Positions 32,297-43,687 of a stretch of DNA of 64,000 nucleotides are shown one piece after another. The DNA lies in assembly GCA_963777955.1 (NCBI GenBank), contig CAVZSQ010000019.1, positions 160,001-224,000 of the forward strand, given 5' to 3'. Position numbers and translations under genes: made by a program. The notes under the pieces were generated by a model that made no database searches, was not told the DNA's origin, and worked only from the letters and a program-made list of their open reading frames with translations. This DNA is from Calditrichia bacterium (GTDB lineage Bacteria > Calditrichota > Calditrichia > JAJRVZ01). Position 1 is the stretch's first letter; the number at the start of each line of letters is the position of its first letter.

Positions 32297-33484
32297 TTAT
32301 TTAGACAAATTCAATCTAGCTAGCACACCACCATGGTCGGACGGCCATAATAACGAGCCGTCTGTACACTGGTAGCGGTTCCAGGGCTCCTGGCCTATGA
32401 CCAGAGCGTAAAAAGGATCTTTCCATTCTTGTTGATTTGAATCCTTTACAAAGATGTAATCGATCCGCTTATTAAAATTAGCCGCTGCATTGCGTAAATC
32501 CAGATCGTGTCCATAAGTAAAACCGTCAGGATCATCCTGTTTCCAATTATTTGTCCAGACATCGATATAACCATTATCGATCATATGATTATAGACAGGG
32601 CTGGCAGGATATTCTGCGTTGAAATCACCAACCACAACCTGCGGCAGAGAATTGTCCTGCAGGACGGAGGTCAATTCCATGACCTGTCCCATCTGCACCT
32701 GCAGCAGTTCCGGGCTGACAGCAGGCTCCAGATGAGTACTTACAAAGCGGTAGTGTTTATTTTTAATTTTGGTGTCGACAATAACATAGCCACGCAAAAT
32801 CGTTGCGCCCATGCTCGGAATATTGTAGCGGGCCTGATAGTTTGCAGATACCGCATTTTCAACTTTCACTCTGTTTTTTACCAGGACCACGTCATAATCG
32901 GTCATGCGTAAATCATTGATTACGGTCGGATTGCCGTTTTCATCCAGCTCCATTATTACCGGAACTTCAACATCGGTATCCTCAATGATACCGGCGATCT
33001 TATAATCTAATCCCCTGCTGGTAAGTACATTCAGTAGAATGTTCAAATAATCCAGATACGGCTGGGTCGCCGGTTCGGTTCCGCCGACAATGAGGTCACC
33101 CGGTGATTGCATACGGAACAGGGTCACTTCCTGCAAGCCGATCAGGTCAGGTTTGGTTTTTTGTATTTCGTTGGCCAGCAGTTCAGCCCGGCCGGCAAAA
33201 TTTGTAGACAGCAGCATCTGAAAAGCCTGGGTGGAGAGCAATAGAACTTCTTCCGGAGTCGTTGCCGCCATGACCATGTCCACATCTGAGCCGACATAAA
33301 TATTACGGGTCAGCACAGTTATATCGCCATGCTGATACCCCGGATAAAACAGATCATTCGGTTTCAGACACCCCTCTGGATTCAAACTGCTTTGTTCCAC
33401 CGGTGCCAAAGGTTCCTGTTGTTCGCAACTGAACAATACCAGTGACACGGCCAGAACAAACGATAAAAAAGATTTGTACAACAT
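32297..33484 (-). CDS. Endonuclease/exonuclease/phosphatase-family lipoprotein
   Basis: Lipobox LFSC; TRNI, PDLIGLQE, THLE, GDFN, RIDYIF and PSDH motifs. Confidence 0.9.
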   Translation of the reverse strand: MLYKSFLSFVLAVSLVLFSCEQQEPLAPVEQSSLNPEGCLKPNDLFYPGYQHGDITVLTRNIYVGSDVDMVMAATTPEEVLLLSTQAFQMLLSTNFAGRAELLANEIQKTKPDLIGLQEVTLFRMQSPGDLIVGGTEPATQPYLDYLNILLNVLTSRGLDYKIAGIIEDTDVEVPVIMELDENGNPTVINDLRMTDYDVVLVKNRVKVENAVSANYQARYNIPSMGATILRGYVIVDTKIKNKHYRFVSTHLEPAVSPELLQVQMGQVMELTSVLQDNSLPQVVVGDFNAEYPASPVYNHMIDNGYIDVWTNNWKQDDPDGFTYGHDLDLRNAAANFNKRIDYIFVKDSNQQEWKDPFYALVIGQEPWNRYQCTDGSLLWPSDHGGVLARLNLSK

Positions 33485-33660
33485 AGGACCTCCCTATAAG
33501 TTTGGTTAATACGTATAATCAATTATAAATAATACGAATGCAGAAAATGCCATGAAGAGGTCAAAATATTGTCAAAAAAATGTCACATGGCGCTGTTTTA
33601 AAGTGCAGGGTCAATCAAGGCAAAAACGTCATAAATATTAGACTATGTCGGTGACTAAGA

Positions 33661-35341
33661 TCATTTGATCATGATCATTTTATGTGCTTTTAGAAATCCT
33701 TCCGATTCAAGTTGATAAAAATAGGTACCACTGGCAACAGGTTTCCCCCGGTCATCTCTGCCATCCCATTCGATTGTGTAATTTCCCACTGCTGTAATTT
33801 TATTTGCAATCAGGGTTCTGACTTCCTGCCCGTTAACATTATAAATCCGCAGTGAGATTGTTGAGCTTCGGGGTATTGAATATTCTATCGTGGTGACTGG
33901 ATTAAACGGATTGGGATAATTTTGATTTAATTTGAATGATTTTGGTAGAAGATCCGTGTTCTTACCAATAGAGGTTGTATCTGATAATGTATCACACACA
34001 ACACTGTCTGCAACTTCTATAACAGTTACACTTAAGGGGAAGTCATTAGAGAAGGGATCTTTTAGTATCATATCTTGAATGGGGGTAACGACGAGTTCAG
34101 GCTCCCCGGCAACTATTTCAATTGTTTTATCTTCGCAGCCGCTATAACCACTGCTATCGGTCTTAACCACATAAATAGTCTTCTGCTGTGAATTAAGATC
34201 CGTTGCCTCTCCGCTAAATATAAACGAATTCTCAGAATCCTGATAACCGAAACCGGTAACCTCGCTATTATCAGTCCCGTATATTTTTGACCAGTCTAAT
34301 GCCCCATTTTCATCAGTTTTAATCAGAAACCCGTCATGATCGGAGGTTTGTTGGGAATAACTGGTGGTATAGCCGTTGATGATAAACCCTGAATCACTCG
34401 TCTCTTGCACCATAAACCCATAATCGTTACTCGTACCGCCATATGTTTTCGCCCAATGCAATTCCCCGGTTTTATCTACTTTAAGTAGTATAGCATCTGC
34501 TGCTCCGGCGCCGCCAGTATAATTATCAATATAACCTGCCAGTATGGCATCTCCGTCATGGCTTATGGAAAGGCAATGTGTGCCCGAGGTTGCTTCTTTA
34601 AATCCGCTACCTATTGCTTCAGCCCATTGGATCTGTCCCGCCATATTCAGTTTGAGTAAAAAAATATCGGCGTCGCCCATACCATAACTCATGGTATAAC
34701 CACAAGCGACAATTTCACTATCACTGCTAACCCGGCAGGAGTAGATATAATCGGTATCATAACCTCCAAAAATACTTATCCAGACTGATTTAAATTCATG
34801 ATCCAATTTCATTAAGTATGCATCTTCCGCCCATTTCCCTCCCAAAATAAATCCTCCATCCGGGCTATTTCTAAGTGTCCGCACATATTGATCCTCAGGG
34901 AACTTATAGGTTTTCGACAGTAATACATTTCCCAGAGAATCGACTTTAATTAAATAAATATCCTGGCCGTCTGAATTCCAATCACTATAATTACCCGCTA
35001 CAGCATAGGTTTGATCATCACCAACCTGGGTAGATGTAATGGATTCTGTAGAAAGATCTCCATAAGTCTTTAGACCAGCCAATTGACCAGTCTGGATTTA
35101 ACTTGAGCAAAAAGGGGCTGTAATATCCGGAATACTCGGAACTGTAGACGCCTCCGACAATAGCACCGTTATCAGGCGTTTGATATATACTTCTGGGGTA
35201 ATAGTTACCGTTGGTATAATATGTTTTTTGAAATACATTTTGCGCCTGAATTTCGCAGGTTATAAAAGAACCGATTAGTACTACCAGAAAAAAAATATTG
35301 ATCTGTTGACGCAAGTATGACTCATGATCATGCCTGAACAT
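33661..35341 (-). CDS. Secreted beta-propeller-like repeat protein with FlgD-Ig/C-terminal sorting-like domain (frameshift near 35080)
   Basis: Repeats of LIKxDxxGxxxWxKxYGG; C-terminus LNQNYPNPFNPVT...WDGRDDRGKPVASGTYFY. Confidence 0.8.
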
Positions 35342-35466
35342 AATGCACCTCCAGGGAATAACTATGATTAAATTTAAATATTAAGCCTAACTATAATTAA
35401 TATAATTAATCGTGCGTCAAATACAATATATTTCGGAACAGATTTTAGAATTTTGCCGGGGCGCAA

Positions 35467-35501
35467 TCCACCTCCGAGGTTGTCTGAACCTCGGAGGTGG
35501 A
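35467..35501. repeat. REP-like palindrome, family A copy 2
   Basis: TCCACCTCCGAGGTT-GTCTG-AACCTCGGAGGTGGA; stem identical to the 29569 copy. Confidence 0.85.
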
Positions 35502-35514
35502 AAATCAATTTAAA

Positions 35515-38500
35515 CTAGATCCTCTTCTCCTTCACCAGTTCATCGCCATATTTTTCTTTTACCTTGGCGGCATGTTTTGATAAAAATTTAGCCGATAGAA
35601 CTTCGAAGTAACTATATAATATCGGAACAACCACCAGGGTCATGGCGGTGGCTACAATCATACCTCCCATCACCGCACGGGCCATGGGCGCCCAACTTTC
35701 GCCCCCTTCTCCCAATCCCAGCGCCAATGGAAACATGGCCAGAGTGGTAGTCAACGCAGTCATCAATACAGGCCGCAGACGAACGTGTCCGCCCTGCATA
35801 ATCGCATCATTCAGCGATAAGCCCCTGGCCCGCAGTTGATTGATATAATCCACCATCACGATGCCATTATTAACAACAATACCCACCAGCATGATAATTC
35901 CGATAAAAGCCATAACGCTCAAATCCGTACCGGTAAGCAACAAGGCCAGAGTTACCCCGATGATCGACAGCGGTACCGTAGACATGATAATAAAAGGATC
36001 TATAAACGATTCGAATTGCGATGCCATAACCATATAGGTCAGGATAACCGCTGCCAGCATGGCCAGGAGTAAATACATGAAAGATTCCATCTGTTCTTCG
36101 GCCAGGCCGCCGATCTCGATGCGAAAATCATTGGGCACCGTTATTTTCTTGATCACATCCTTGACATCAGCGGTGACACTGGTCAGTGCCCGACCCGAAA
36201 TATTGATATCCACCGTGACCAGCCGTTCCTGGTCTTCGCGCAAGATTTCCTGCGGGGCCTTGGAATAATCAACCGTAGCGATGGAACGCAGTGGTATTTG
36301 AGTACCCAGTGGAGTCATGATCAACAGGTTTTCAATATCGGTTTTACTGGCGCGGGAATCTTGATTCAACTGTACCCGGATATCGTATTCATTACCCGCA
36401 TCGCGGTACTGGGTGGCCACCGTACCCAAAACACTTGTGCTCACGACCTGGCTGATTTGCGAGGTACTTAAGCCCAGGTCGGCAATGCGCTGGCGGTCCA
36501 GATTAACCCGCAACTCCGGCACCGCCTCCTTGATGCTGCTTTTTATATCAGCGACCCCTTCTATCGTATTCACTTTCTGTTCGATTTGGTTAGCCAGAGC
36601 TTCGGCTACCTGCAGATCATGACCAAAAATTTCCACAACTATATCTCCGCCGGCACCCATCATGGCCGCTTCGCCGCGGTCTTCGAAGCGGGCATCCACA
36701 TCGGGCAAACTTTTGATCTTTTCACGCAGGGCATCCTGGATTTCAAACATGCTGCGATCACGCTCGGACATCTTCTTCAGCATAATATTTATATCACCCT
36801 GGCTGGAAACACGGGAAGAAAACAGGGCGAAAATTCCTTCACCTTGTCCAAAATTGGTATACACGTTTTTCGCCTCCGGCACGTTCTGGAGGATGATGGA
36901 ATTCAACTGGTGCATGCTCTGTTCCATTGACTCCAGGCTGGTTCCGGGGGACCTGTCCACGGACATAGCTATAAATCCCTGATCGGTTTTAGGAACAAAT
37001 TCACCGCCGGTTAATGCCAAAACGATAATTGAGAGGATAAATGCTACACCTGAATAAATCAGAACTTTAGCCTTGTGTCGAAGTGCCCAGGCTAAAACGC
37101 CGTCATAAAAATCATGCAGTTGATCCAGCCACCTGCCGACCTGCTGATTTAATTTTGTTATCAAAGTCCACTTGTGGTCACCGACAGCAGGTCCCAGGTC
37201 TCCGCTATCCGTCTTCTTCTTGATGCGCAGGAATCTGGAAGTCAGTAACGGCACCAGGGTCAGAGCAACGATCAGCGAAGCTGAAAGCGAGATGACGATC
37301 GTCAGCACCATATCTTTAAATAATTCACCGGCTATACCGGGCACAAAAAGAATGGGTACAAACACGGCCAGAGTGGTCAGAGTAGAGGCGGTGATGGCCA
37401 TGCCGACGCTGGTGGTACCGTTGATGGCCGAATCCCGCAAACCCTCACCCTCTTCGCGGCGACGGAAAATACTCTCCAGAACTACAATGGAGTTGTCTAC
37501 CAGCATACCGACAGCCAGAGCCAGTCCGGCCATGGAAATGACATTCAGAGTCAAACCGGCCTGATCCATAACCGCAAATGTGACAATCATCGAGACCGGA
37601 ATAGACACAGCCACTATCAGGGAACTGCGAATGTTGCGCAGGAAGAACAACAGTACCAGGAAGGTCAGGGCCATGGCCTGGTAAGCTGTATCCACCAGGT
37701 TGGAGATGGACTGGGTGATGAAGCTGGACAAATCGATAACGGTTTCAATATGCACCCCTTTGGGCAAGTCCATTTCAATCTTGTTAATATTGTCCAGCAC
37801 TTCGCGGGCCACCAGCACGGTATTGGCATCCGATTGTTTTTGTACCATCAGCATGACCGCCGGCTGATTATTATTCCAGACCTTCATACGCTGGTCGGCA
37901 AAACCGTCCACCACGGTAGCAACATCCTTGATCTTGATAACCGTACCGTTCATCATGCTTACACTGGTGTTTTCGATCTGCTCCAGATTGGAGTATTCAC
38001 CCACCGTTTGCAGGGTAAATTCCTGCTGGGCGTTATCGATCCAGCCTGACGGCAACTGCAAATTGTTCATCTGCAGTGCAGCCGTCATCTGTTGCAGCGA
38101 GATATTGTGCGCGCGCAAACGGGCCGGATCCGCCAGTATCTTGATCTCGCGGCGCAGTCCGCCCATGGTATAAGAAGAAGCCACACCGGCGATACGCTCG
38201 ATGCGCGGTTCAACGTCATCCTCCGAAATCTGTCTTAATTCGGCCTGACCGTGAAAATCGGAGGCCACAGCCATGTAAAGGATTGGCTGCTGCGAAGGAT
38301 CGAACTTAAAGACCATCGGTTCGCTCATCTCCTGGGGCAGGTAATCTTTAATATATTCCAGGTTGGTGCGTACATCGATTTCGGCCTGATCCATATCGTT
38401 ACCCCAGCCGAATTCCAGCATTACCAGTGAGAATCCCTGCGCTGAAGTCGAACTGACCTTTTTCACGTTTTCCACCGAGGCTACGGTTTCTTCAACCAGC

Positions 38501-38694
38501 CTGGTTACTGAAGTTTCTATATCGTAGGGACCTACCCCTGAATACTGGGCAATGACGGCTAACATCGGAAAATCCATTTTAGGATACAAATCAAGATTTA
38601 GCCGTAATAATGAGAAAAGACCGAATCCCACGGCCATCAGGTATAGCATGGAATAGGTTACGCCATTTTTAATGGCACTTTCGGTCAGTTTCAT
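35515..38694 (-). CDS. RND efflux permease (AcrB/SwrC-like, HAE1)
   Basis: 1059 aa; GMLVDNSIVVLE, GIVVNNGIVMVD and RLRPVLMT motifs. Confidence 0.95.
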   Translation of the reverse strand: MKLTESAIKNGVTYSMLYLMAVGFGLFSLLRLNLDLYPKMDFPMLAVIAQYSGVGPYDIETSVTRLVEETVASVENVKKVSSTSAQGFSLVMLEFGWGNDMDQAEIDVRTNLEYIKDYLPQEMSEPMVFKFDPSQQPILYMAVASDFHGQAELRQISEDDVEPRIERIAGVASSYTMGGLRREIKILADPARLRAHNISLQQMTAALQMNNLQLPSGWIDNAQQEFTLQTVGEYSNLEQIENTSVSMMNGTVIKIKDVATVVDGFADQRMKVWNNNQPAVMLMVQKQSDANTVLVAREVLDNINKIEMDLPKGVHIETVIDLSSFITQSISNLVDTAYQAMALTFLVLLFFLRNIRSSLIVAVSIPVSMIVTFAVMDQAGLTLNVISMAGLALAVGMLVDNSIVVLESIFRRREEGEGLRDSAINGTTSVGMAITASTLTTLAVFVPILFVPGIAGELFKDMVLTIVISLSASLIVALTLVPLLTSRFLRIKKKTDSGDLGPAVGDHKWTLITKLNQQVGRWLDQLHDFYDGVLAWALRHKAKVLIYSGVAFILSIIVLALTGGEFVPKTDQGFIAMSVDRSPGTSLESMEQSMHQLNSIILQNVPEAKNVYTNFGQGEGIFALFSSRVSSQGDINIMLKKMSERDRSMFEIQDALREKIKSLPDVDARFEDRGEAAMMGAGGDIVVEIFGHDLQVAEALANQIEQKVNTIEGVADIKSSIKEAVPELRVNLDRQRIADLGLSTSQISQVVSTSVLGTVATQYRDAGNEYDIRVQLNQDSRASKTDIENLLIMTPLGTQIPLRSIATVDYSKAPQEILREDQERLVTVDINISGRALTSVTADVKDVIKKITVPNDFRIEIGGLAEEQMESFMYLLLAMLAAVILTYMVMASQFESFIDPFIIMSTVPLSIIGVTLALLLTGTDLSVMAFIGIIMLVGIVVNNGIVMVDYINQLRARGLSLNDAIMQGGHVRLRPVLMTALTTTLAMFPLALGLGEGGESWAPMARAVMGGMIVATAMTLVVVPILYSYFEVLSAKFLSKHAAKVKEKYGDELVKEKRI

Positions 38695-39773
38695 AAAATT
38701 TCACTCCTCTCTTTTACGATAGCAACGGCGCTGCTGTCGCGCAGATTATTCTGCCCCGTGACGACCAGCGTATCACCGATCTGAATTCCTGTTTTAACTG
38801 CCAGGCTGAGATGATTGACGTACATAACTTCCAGTTTTTTCTGCAGAGCCATACTGTTATCGACGACATAAACGAAGTAATTTTTAACCACTTGCTGTTT
38901 GCCGTCATTATCTTCCAGGGTTGTGTTCTCGATGGTCGCGGTGCGCGGAACCACCATTACATTTTCCAGAATGCCGGTAATTACTTCAATCTCCGCATAC
39001 ATACCCGGTTTGAGCAGCTTTTCCTTATTATCCAGCAGAACTTCGACACTGGCCATGCGGGTAAGCGGATCAAGCACCGGGCTGATTTTGACGATCTCCC
39101 CTGCGAACTTGTGATCCGGATAACTTCGTACGGTTACGTAAGCTTTTTGTCCCAGGGCCAGTTTCCCCATGTCTTCTTCGGTGGCGTCCAGGGTGGTCTT
39201 GACCCTTTCCATCTGCACAATTGAAACCAGCGGCACGGCCATATTGGCCATATCGCCGTTCTCATAATAGCGTTTACCGATAATGCCGGAAATAGGCGCC
39301 GGTACGGTTGCATCTCTCATGACGCTGCTGGCGCTTGTCAGGTTGGCCTTGGCCGCTTCATACTGAGTTTTGATCAGGTCGAACTGCTGGGCGCTCATCA
39401 CATTTTCCCGGTTCAGCCGCTCAGCCCGTTCAAATTCTACTTTGATATTGGCCTCCTGGGCCCTGGCCGCGTCCAGCGCAGCTTCAATGGTAGTGGCAAA
39501 TATGCGGGCGATCGGGGCGCCTTTGGAGATATATTGCCCTTCATCTACATAATATTTTTCGATACGGTCAGGGACCTTGGAGAATACTTTAACCTCGAAT
39601 TCCGCTTCGATATCACCGGTATATTTGATACTCTGTATTACATTGCCCAATTTAACCGGCATGACTTCCACGGGTATTTTCTCTTTCACGGCGTCTTCAG
39701 CAGAAGTGCCGCAGCCGAATAATATAATTGTTGAAGCCAACATTAATACGCTCAATAAGCAGACCTTTTTCAT
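38691..39773 (-). CDS. RND periplasmic adaptor (membrane fusion) lipoprotein
   Basis: Lipobox LFGC; APISGII and LKPGMYA motifs. Confidence 0.93.
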   Translation of the reverse strand: MKKVCLLSVLMLASTIILFGCGTSAEDAVKEKIPVEVMPVKLGNVIQSIKYTGDIEAEFEVKVFSKVPDRIEKYYVDEGQYISKGAPIARIFATTIEAALDAARAQEANIKVEFERAERLNRENVMSAQQFDLIKTQYEAAKANLTSASSVMRDATVPAPISGIIGKRYYENGDMANMAVPLVSIVQMERVKTTLDATEEDMGKLALGQKAYVTVRSYPDHKFAGEIVKISPVLDPLTRMASVEVLLDNKEKLLKPGMYAEIEVITGILENVMVVPRTATIENTTLEDNDGKQQVVKNYFVYVVDNSMALQKKLEVMYVNHLSLAVKTGIQIGDTLVVTGQNNLRDSSAVAIVKERSEIL

Positions 39774-39807
39774 TTTAAACTCCCTTCTTGCGGATCGGTC
39801 ATTAACA

Positions 39808-41196
39808 TTAATTCAATTGTGTTTTGCCGGTAGCCTTGCGTATAAAGGAACATGCTACCTGGTATCCATATATGGAACTGAAATAATTTACCTGGGCCTG
39901 GGTCAAAGCCAGCCGGGAAATCATCACGTCCAGTTGGGTATTGGCCCCTTCGTTGTACATCAGGTTGGCCATGCGCAGGGCCTCCTCGGCCAGCGCCACG
40001 GTTTCCGTGGCTGACTGATACTTCTGCCTGGCTTCATTGAAATTATTGTAAGCTACTTCCACTTCGGCGCTGATCATATCGTTTAATTGTTTTTCGTTAT
40101 CTTCCATGATGCGGTAATCCAATCTGGCCTGCTGGTAGTTCTGGACCGATTTGAATCCATGGAAAAGAGGAATCTGCAGACTTACTGCCGAAGTAAAACC
40201 CTTGCTGAAATCATTCTGCGCAAATTTCATATCATTTCTCATGGCCATATAAGAGTAATCGGTCTGGAAGAAGATCCTGGGCAGGAAACCGCTGCGGGCT
40301 ATATTTACCCCCTGCCGGGTCATATATTTCTGTTCGTTAATGGCCATTACTTCCGGCCGGTTTTGAAAAGCCATGTCCTGCAATTCGGCCAGGCCCAGTT
40401 GTCCGAAATCATCTTCCTGGTAAGCGAATTCGCCCACCACCTCGATATTAGATTCCTTTTCCAGTCCCAGCAGAGCCCGTATGCGGGTCAGGGCCATCTG
40501 GTAGTTGTTACGGGCCGAAATTACATTGGGTTTTTGATTGGCTACTTCCACTTCGGCGCGCATTTTATCGAAACCCGAGGCCGTTCCGACATCATATTTT
40601 TTCAGCACTACATCACGGTTTGCTTCGACCTGGGCCAGGGCTTCTTCCTGGACTTTGACCAGTTCCTTGGTCAGCAGGCAGCCATAAAAGGCAGTTATGC
40701 TCTGGTACAACAGTTCATCTTTTCTGGCCTGTAAATTTTGTTCGGCCGCCCGGCGGGCCGCATAAGCCAACTTGATACTGGCCAACCCGGCACCGCCTAA
40801 AAACAGGGGTTGGGTTAGTGTCGCGCCATACGTAAACGTATTTTCCAGGCCAAAAGATAATTTTACAAAATCCGGCATATCCTCGGTCCCCGGAAAACCC
40901 TGCCCCAGCATGGCCTTGATAAAATTGGGGATGGTTTGTTCCTGAATAGCCCAGGCATGCTGCAGGGCAGCCGAAGCATCCAGGCTGGGCAGAACAGCGG
41001 AGTATGAGCCCAGAACTCCGGCTTTTGCCTTGTCGTATTCTTTTTCGGCGATTTTGATTTGCGGATTGTTATTCATGGCCAGTTCAATGGTTTTATCCAT
41101 GGTCAGTACTATTTTCTCCTGTTGTGCCGGCAGCGGCTGTATAAGTATTATAACCGTCAATACGGCAAATAAATTTTTTAACATGCTCCTGTTCAT
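39808..41196 (-). CDS. TolC-family outer membrane efflux channel
   Basis: AMNNNP, LQIPLFHG and YNEGANTQLDV motifs. Confidence 0.93.
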   Translation of the reverse strand: MNRSMLKNLFAVLTVIILIQPLPAQQEKIVLTMDKTIELAMNNNPQIKIAEKEYDKAKAGVLGSYSAVLPSLDASAALQHAWAIQEQTIPNFIKAMLGQGFPGTEDMPDFVKLSFGLENTFTYGATLTQPLFLGGAGLASIKLAYAARRAAEQNLQARKDELLYQSITAFYGCLLTKELVKVQEEALAQVEANRDVVLKKYDVGTASGFDKMRAEVEVANQKPNVISARNNYQMALTRIRALLGLEKESNIEVVGEFAYQEDDFGQLGLAELQDMAFQNRPEVMAINEQKYMTRQGVNIARSGFLPRIFFQTDYSYMAMRNDMKFAQNDFSKGFTSAVSLQIPLFHGFKSVQNYQQARLDYRIMEDNEKQLNDMISAEVEVAYNNFNEARQKYQSATETVALAEEALRMANLMYNEGANTQLDVMISRLALTQAQVNYFSSIYGYQVACSFIRKATGKTQLN

Positions 41197-41221
41197 GCTC
41201 AGCTCCTTTTAGTCGAAAAGA

Positions 41222-41818
41222 TTATTCGTTCAATCCTTTAAACAACACTTCAATTATTTCCTCGGCCAGTTGGTCGGTCAAAACTTTCTTTTTACTGTTC
41301 ATTTGATGCCACATAAAATGAGTGATGGTACCGAGAATCATCTCCACGGCTATCTCAGGTTTGACACTTATACCGAATTCTCCGCGCTGAATACCCTCCT
41401 GGATCAGTTTCATCAGGGCATGTTTTCTCTTCAATTCCTCCTGGCGTAAATTTTCAGCTAATGGTGTATCTTCAATTTTTACAAACATATACAGAAAAAA
41501 TTTAACAAATTCAGGATACTTGAGACATTGCTCAAAATGCAGCTTAAATAGTCTGATTAATTTATCTTTTGTAGTTACAGTTGAATTCAAGATCTCCTGA
41601 ATCTGGCTATCATTGTAAGCCAATCCTGTATCCATCAGCGATTGATATAATTTCTCCTTACTTTCAAAGTAATAGTATATCATCGGCTTGGAAACGCCGG
41701 AATGCTCGGAGATTTCCCGCATCGATACGGCATTATACCCTTTTTGGGCCATTAATTTAGCCGCAATATGAAAGATCTTGGATTTGGTATCAACTTCGTT
41801 CGCATGATTACTGTGCAT
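41222..41818 (-). CDS. TetR/AcrR-family regulator of the efflux operon
   Basis: HTH GYNAVSMREISEHSGVSKPMIYYYFESKE; start reassigned to ATG 41818 after AAAGGAAAG. Confidence 0.92.
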   Translation of the reverse strand: MHSNHANEVDTKSKIFHIAAKLMAQKGYNAVSMREISEHSGVSKPMIYYYFESKEKLYQSLMDTGLAYNDSQIQEILNSTVTTKDKLIRLFKLHFEQCLKYPEFVKFFLYMFVKIEDTPLAENLRQEELKRKHALMKLIQEGIQRGEFGISVKPEIAVEMILGTITHFMWHQMNSKKKVLTDQLAEEIIEVLFKGLNE

Positions 41819-41844
41819 ATCTTTCCTTTGATTTAGCGTCCCCC

Positions 41845-41860
41845 TACTGACCGGTAGGTA
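41845..41860. promoter_or_regulatory. Putative TetR operator
   Basis: Imperfect palindrome TACTGACCGGTAGGTA upstream of tetR. Confidence 0.6.
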
Positions 41861-41997
41861 AATTCTGTAAATATACGAAAAGTTTTCAAAAAGTTGCATG
41901 AAATTTCATATTTTTTAGCAGGGTTCTGGCCCGGAAATTATGCCTGTGTCTATGACATCCGGATGAAACTACTTGCCTTTATAACCTTATACCATTA

Positions 41998-43093
41998 TCA
42001 CTTTTGTGGTCGGTAGATCTGCTGATAATCCTTCAGTCTGATACCCGGCGCGCGATAGCGCTTCCAGTAATAAGTGAGTGCAGTATAGGAGAAGATACCA
42101 TTGACAAATTTCAATTTCAGCAATCGTTGAATAATCAGATAGAGACAATACATGATAAATAAAACAATATAACCGTCAAGCAGCGTTCCGGCCAAAGGAA
42201 CCGTTATTAAGTTTGAAAACGGCGTAGCCATTAGAATCCACACAGCAAACGGCAGCATTGAAATCAGGATCATAAAGGCCAGCATTAAATGCGAGGATTG
42301 TATAGCCACCCGCGGACAATTGTTGATGCAGCGCATGCAACTTTCACAATGGAATGACCAGTAAGGCCGGTTGCCTTTAATGGAAATGGCGCCCACCGGG
42401 CAATTCTCGACACAGATCATACAAGCATCGCAACTGCTGGAATAGATGAAGGTTTTGGCCAGTGCAAATCTGCCTATCAGATAATAAAGAACACTGATGG
42501 GAAAAACGGCCAGGTCGAATGGCAGCGAAATCAAGACCCGCCGGAATTTCCGTTTCCCGGCAAGGATATCAGCAATGAACAAGCGTGTTTCTTTTTCGCA
42601 GCGCTCGAGCAGAAAATCGATCCATGATTTGCGGTAAGCCGGATGCAGGGAGATCCAGTTCGAGGGCATATCCAGGGGTAATCCCCCACGTATCCGGTAA
42701 CCTTTCAAAAGCAGAATCAGCATGGGCAGCAATTGGGCCAGACCGGATAATCCGGGAATCTGCCAGCGTCCAAGTTTGCTTCCGGCTCTGGTGTTAAGTA
42801 AAAATACATCCATACCCCTGCCGCGGGGGAAACGCAATATAAAATAAAGCATGGAAGGCGCCAGGCTGAAGCCATGGGTGGGATAAAGAAAACCGACCAG
42901 GCTTTTTTCCCGTAATTCGCTATTTATCTGCTCTGTAGCCGCGATCGATGGCCTGTAAATGGACTGCCAGACCTTGTTTGCCGGCCTCATCCGCCAGCCA
43001 GCGACCTGCAGTCAGAGCATTACCGGTACCCGTGAAATAGTAGAGGACCAGGCTTGACCAGCAGAGATCATGATCTTTTATATTACTGCTCAT
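41998..43093 (-). CDS. EFR1-family flavodoxin/ferredoxin protein (frameshift near 42930)
   Basis: YYFTGTGNA flavodoxin loop, DMPSNW, CDACMICVENCP and CESCMRCINNCP, C-terminal TM helices. Confidence 0.85.
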
Positions 43094-43682
43094 TGGTACC
43101 CCGGGCGATATCATCGATAAAGACCTGTTCCAGATGTACTGCGCACCGTTGTGCAGGCAGACGGGACATGATCATATAAGCGGTTATGCCGTCCAGCGCT
43201 GCCATCATTGCCAGGGCGCGGCCCCGCGAATCATGCGGCCGCAGTTCTCCCCGGGCAACCCCCTGCTCCAGTAAGTTTTGGTAAAAGGCAATCATCTCTT
43301 CAGTATATGACGCGATAGAAGGCCACAGATCCGGGCGGGTAAGCATTTTGGTCAGAGAGAGCAGAGTAAAGGTAATTTCGCGCGGATGATTGGCCCAGTG
43401 CTTGAGATAACGTCTGATAAAGAAACGCAGACCGGCCGCAGGACTCTTTTTTCGTTTAGCCTGCAGCATAAATTCGTAGACAGGCTCCATATAACTGGCG
43501 TTAGCCGCCAGCAGAACATCGTCTTTTCCTGAAAAATAATGATACAGTCCCCCTTTGGTCAGTCCGGCCCTTGCGGAAATAGACTCCATGGAGGCGATTT
43601 CATAACCCTTTTCTACGAATTCCTGTACTGCCGCGTTAATAATATCGGCAATACGTTTATCCCGTGGTGCTTTCTTTGTCAT
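43083..43682 (-). CDS. TetR-family regulator
   Basis: HTH GYEIASMESISARAGLTKGGLYHYFSGKD. Confidence 0.92.
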   Translation of the reverse strand: MTKKAPRDKRIADIINAAVQEFVEKGYEIASMESISARAGLTKGGLYHYFSGKDDVLLAANASYMEPVYEFMLQAKRKKSPAAGLRFFIRRYLKHWANHPREITFTLLSLTKMLTRPDLWPSIASYTEEMIAFYQNLLEQGVARGELRPHDSRGRALAMMAALDGITAYMIMSRLPAQRCAVHLEQVFIDDIARGTNEQ

Positions 43683-43687
43683 AATAA

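Noticed and set aside
33537..33553. TGGCA...TGCA sigma54-like site upstream of the EEP gene (minus strand)
   Set aside because: The GG-to-GC spacing is 8 nt rather than the required 10.
29569..35501. CRISPR repeats or terminal inverted repeats of a transposon
   Set aside because: The copies are kilobases apart with no spacer periodicity and no cas or transposase gene. Each full copy is a self-contained hairpin.
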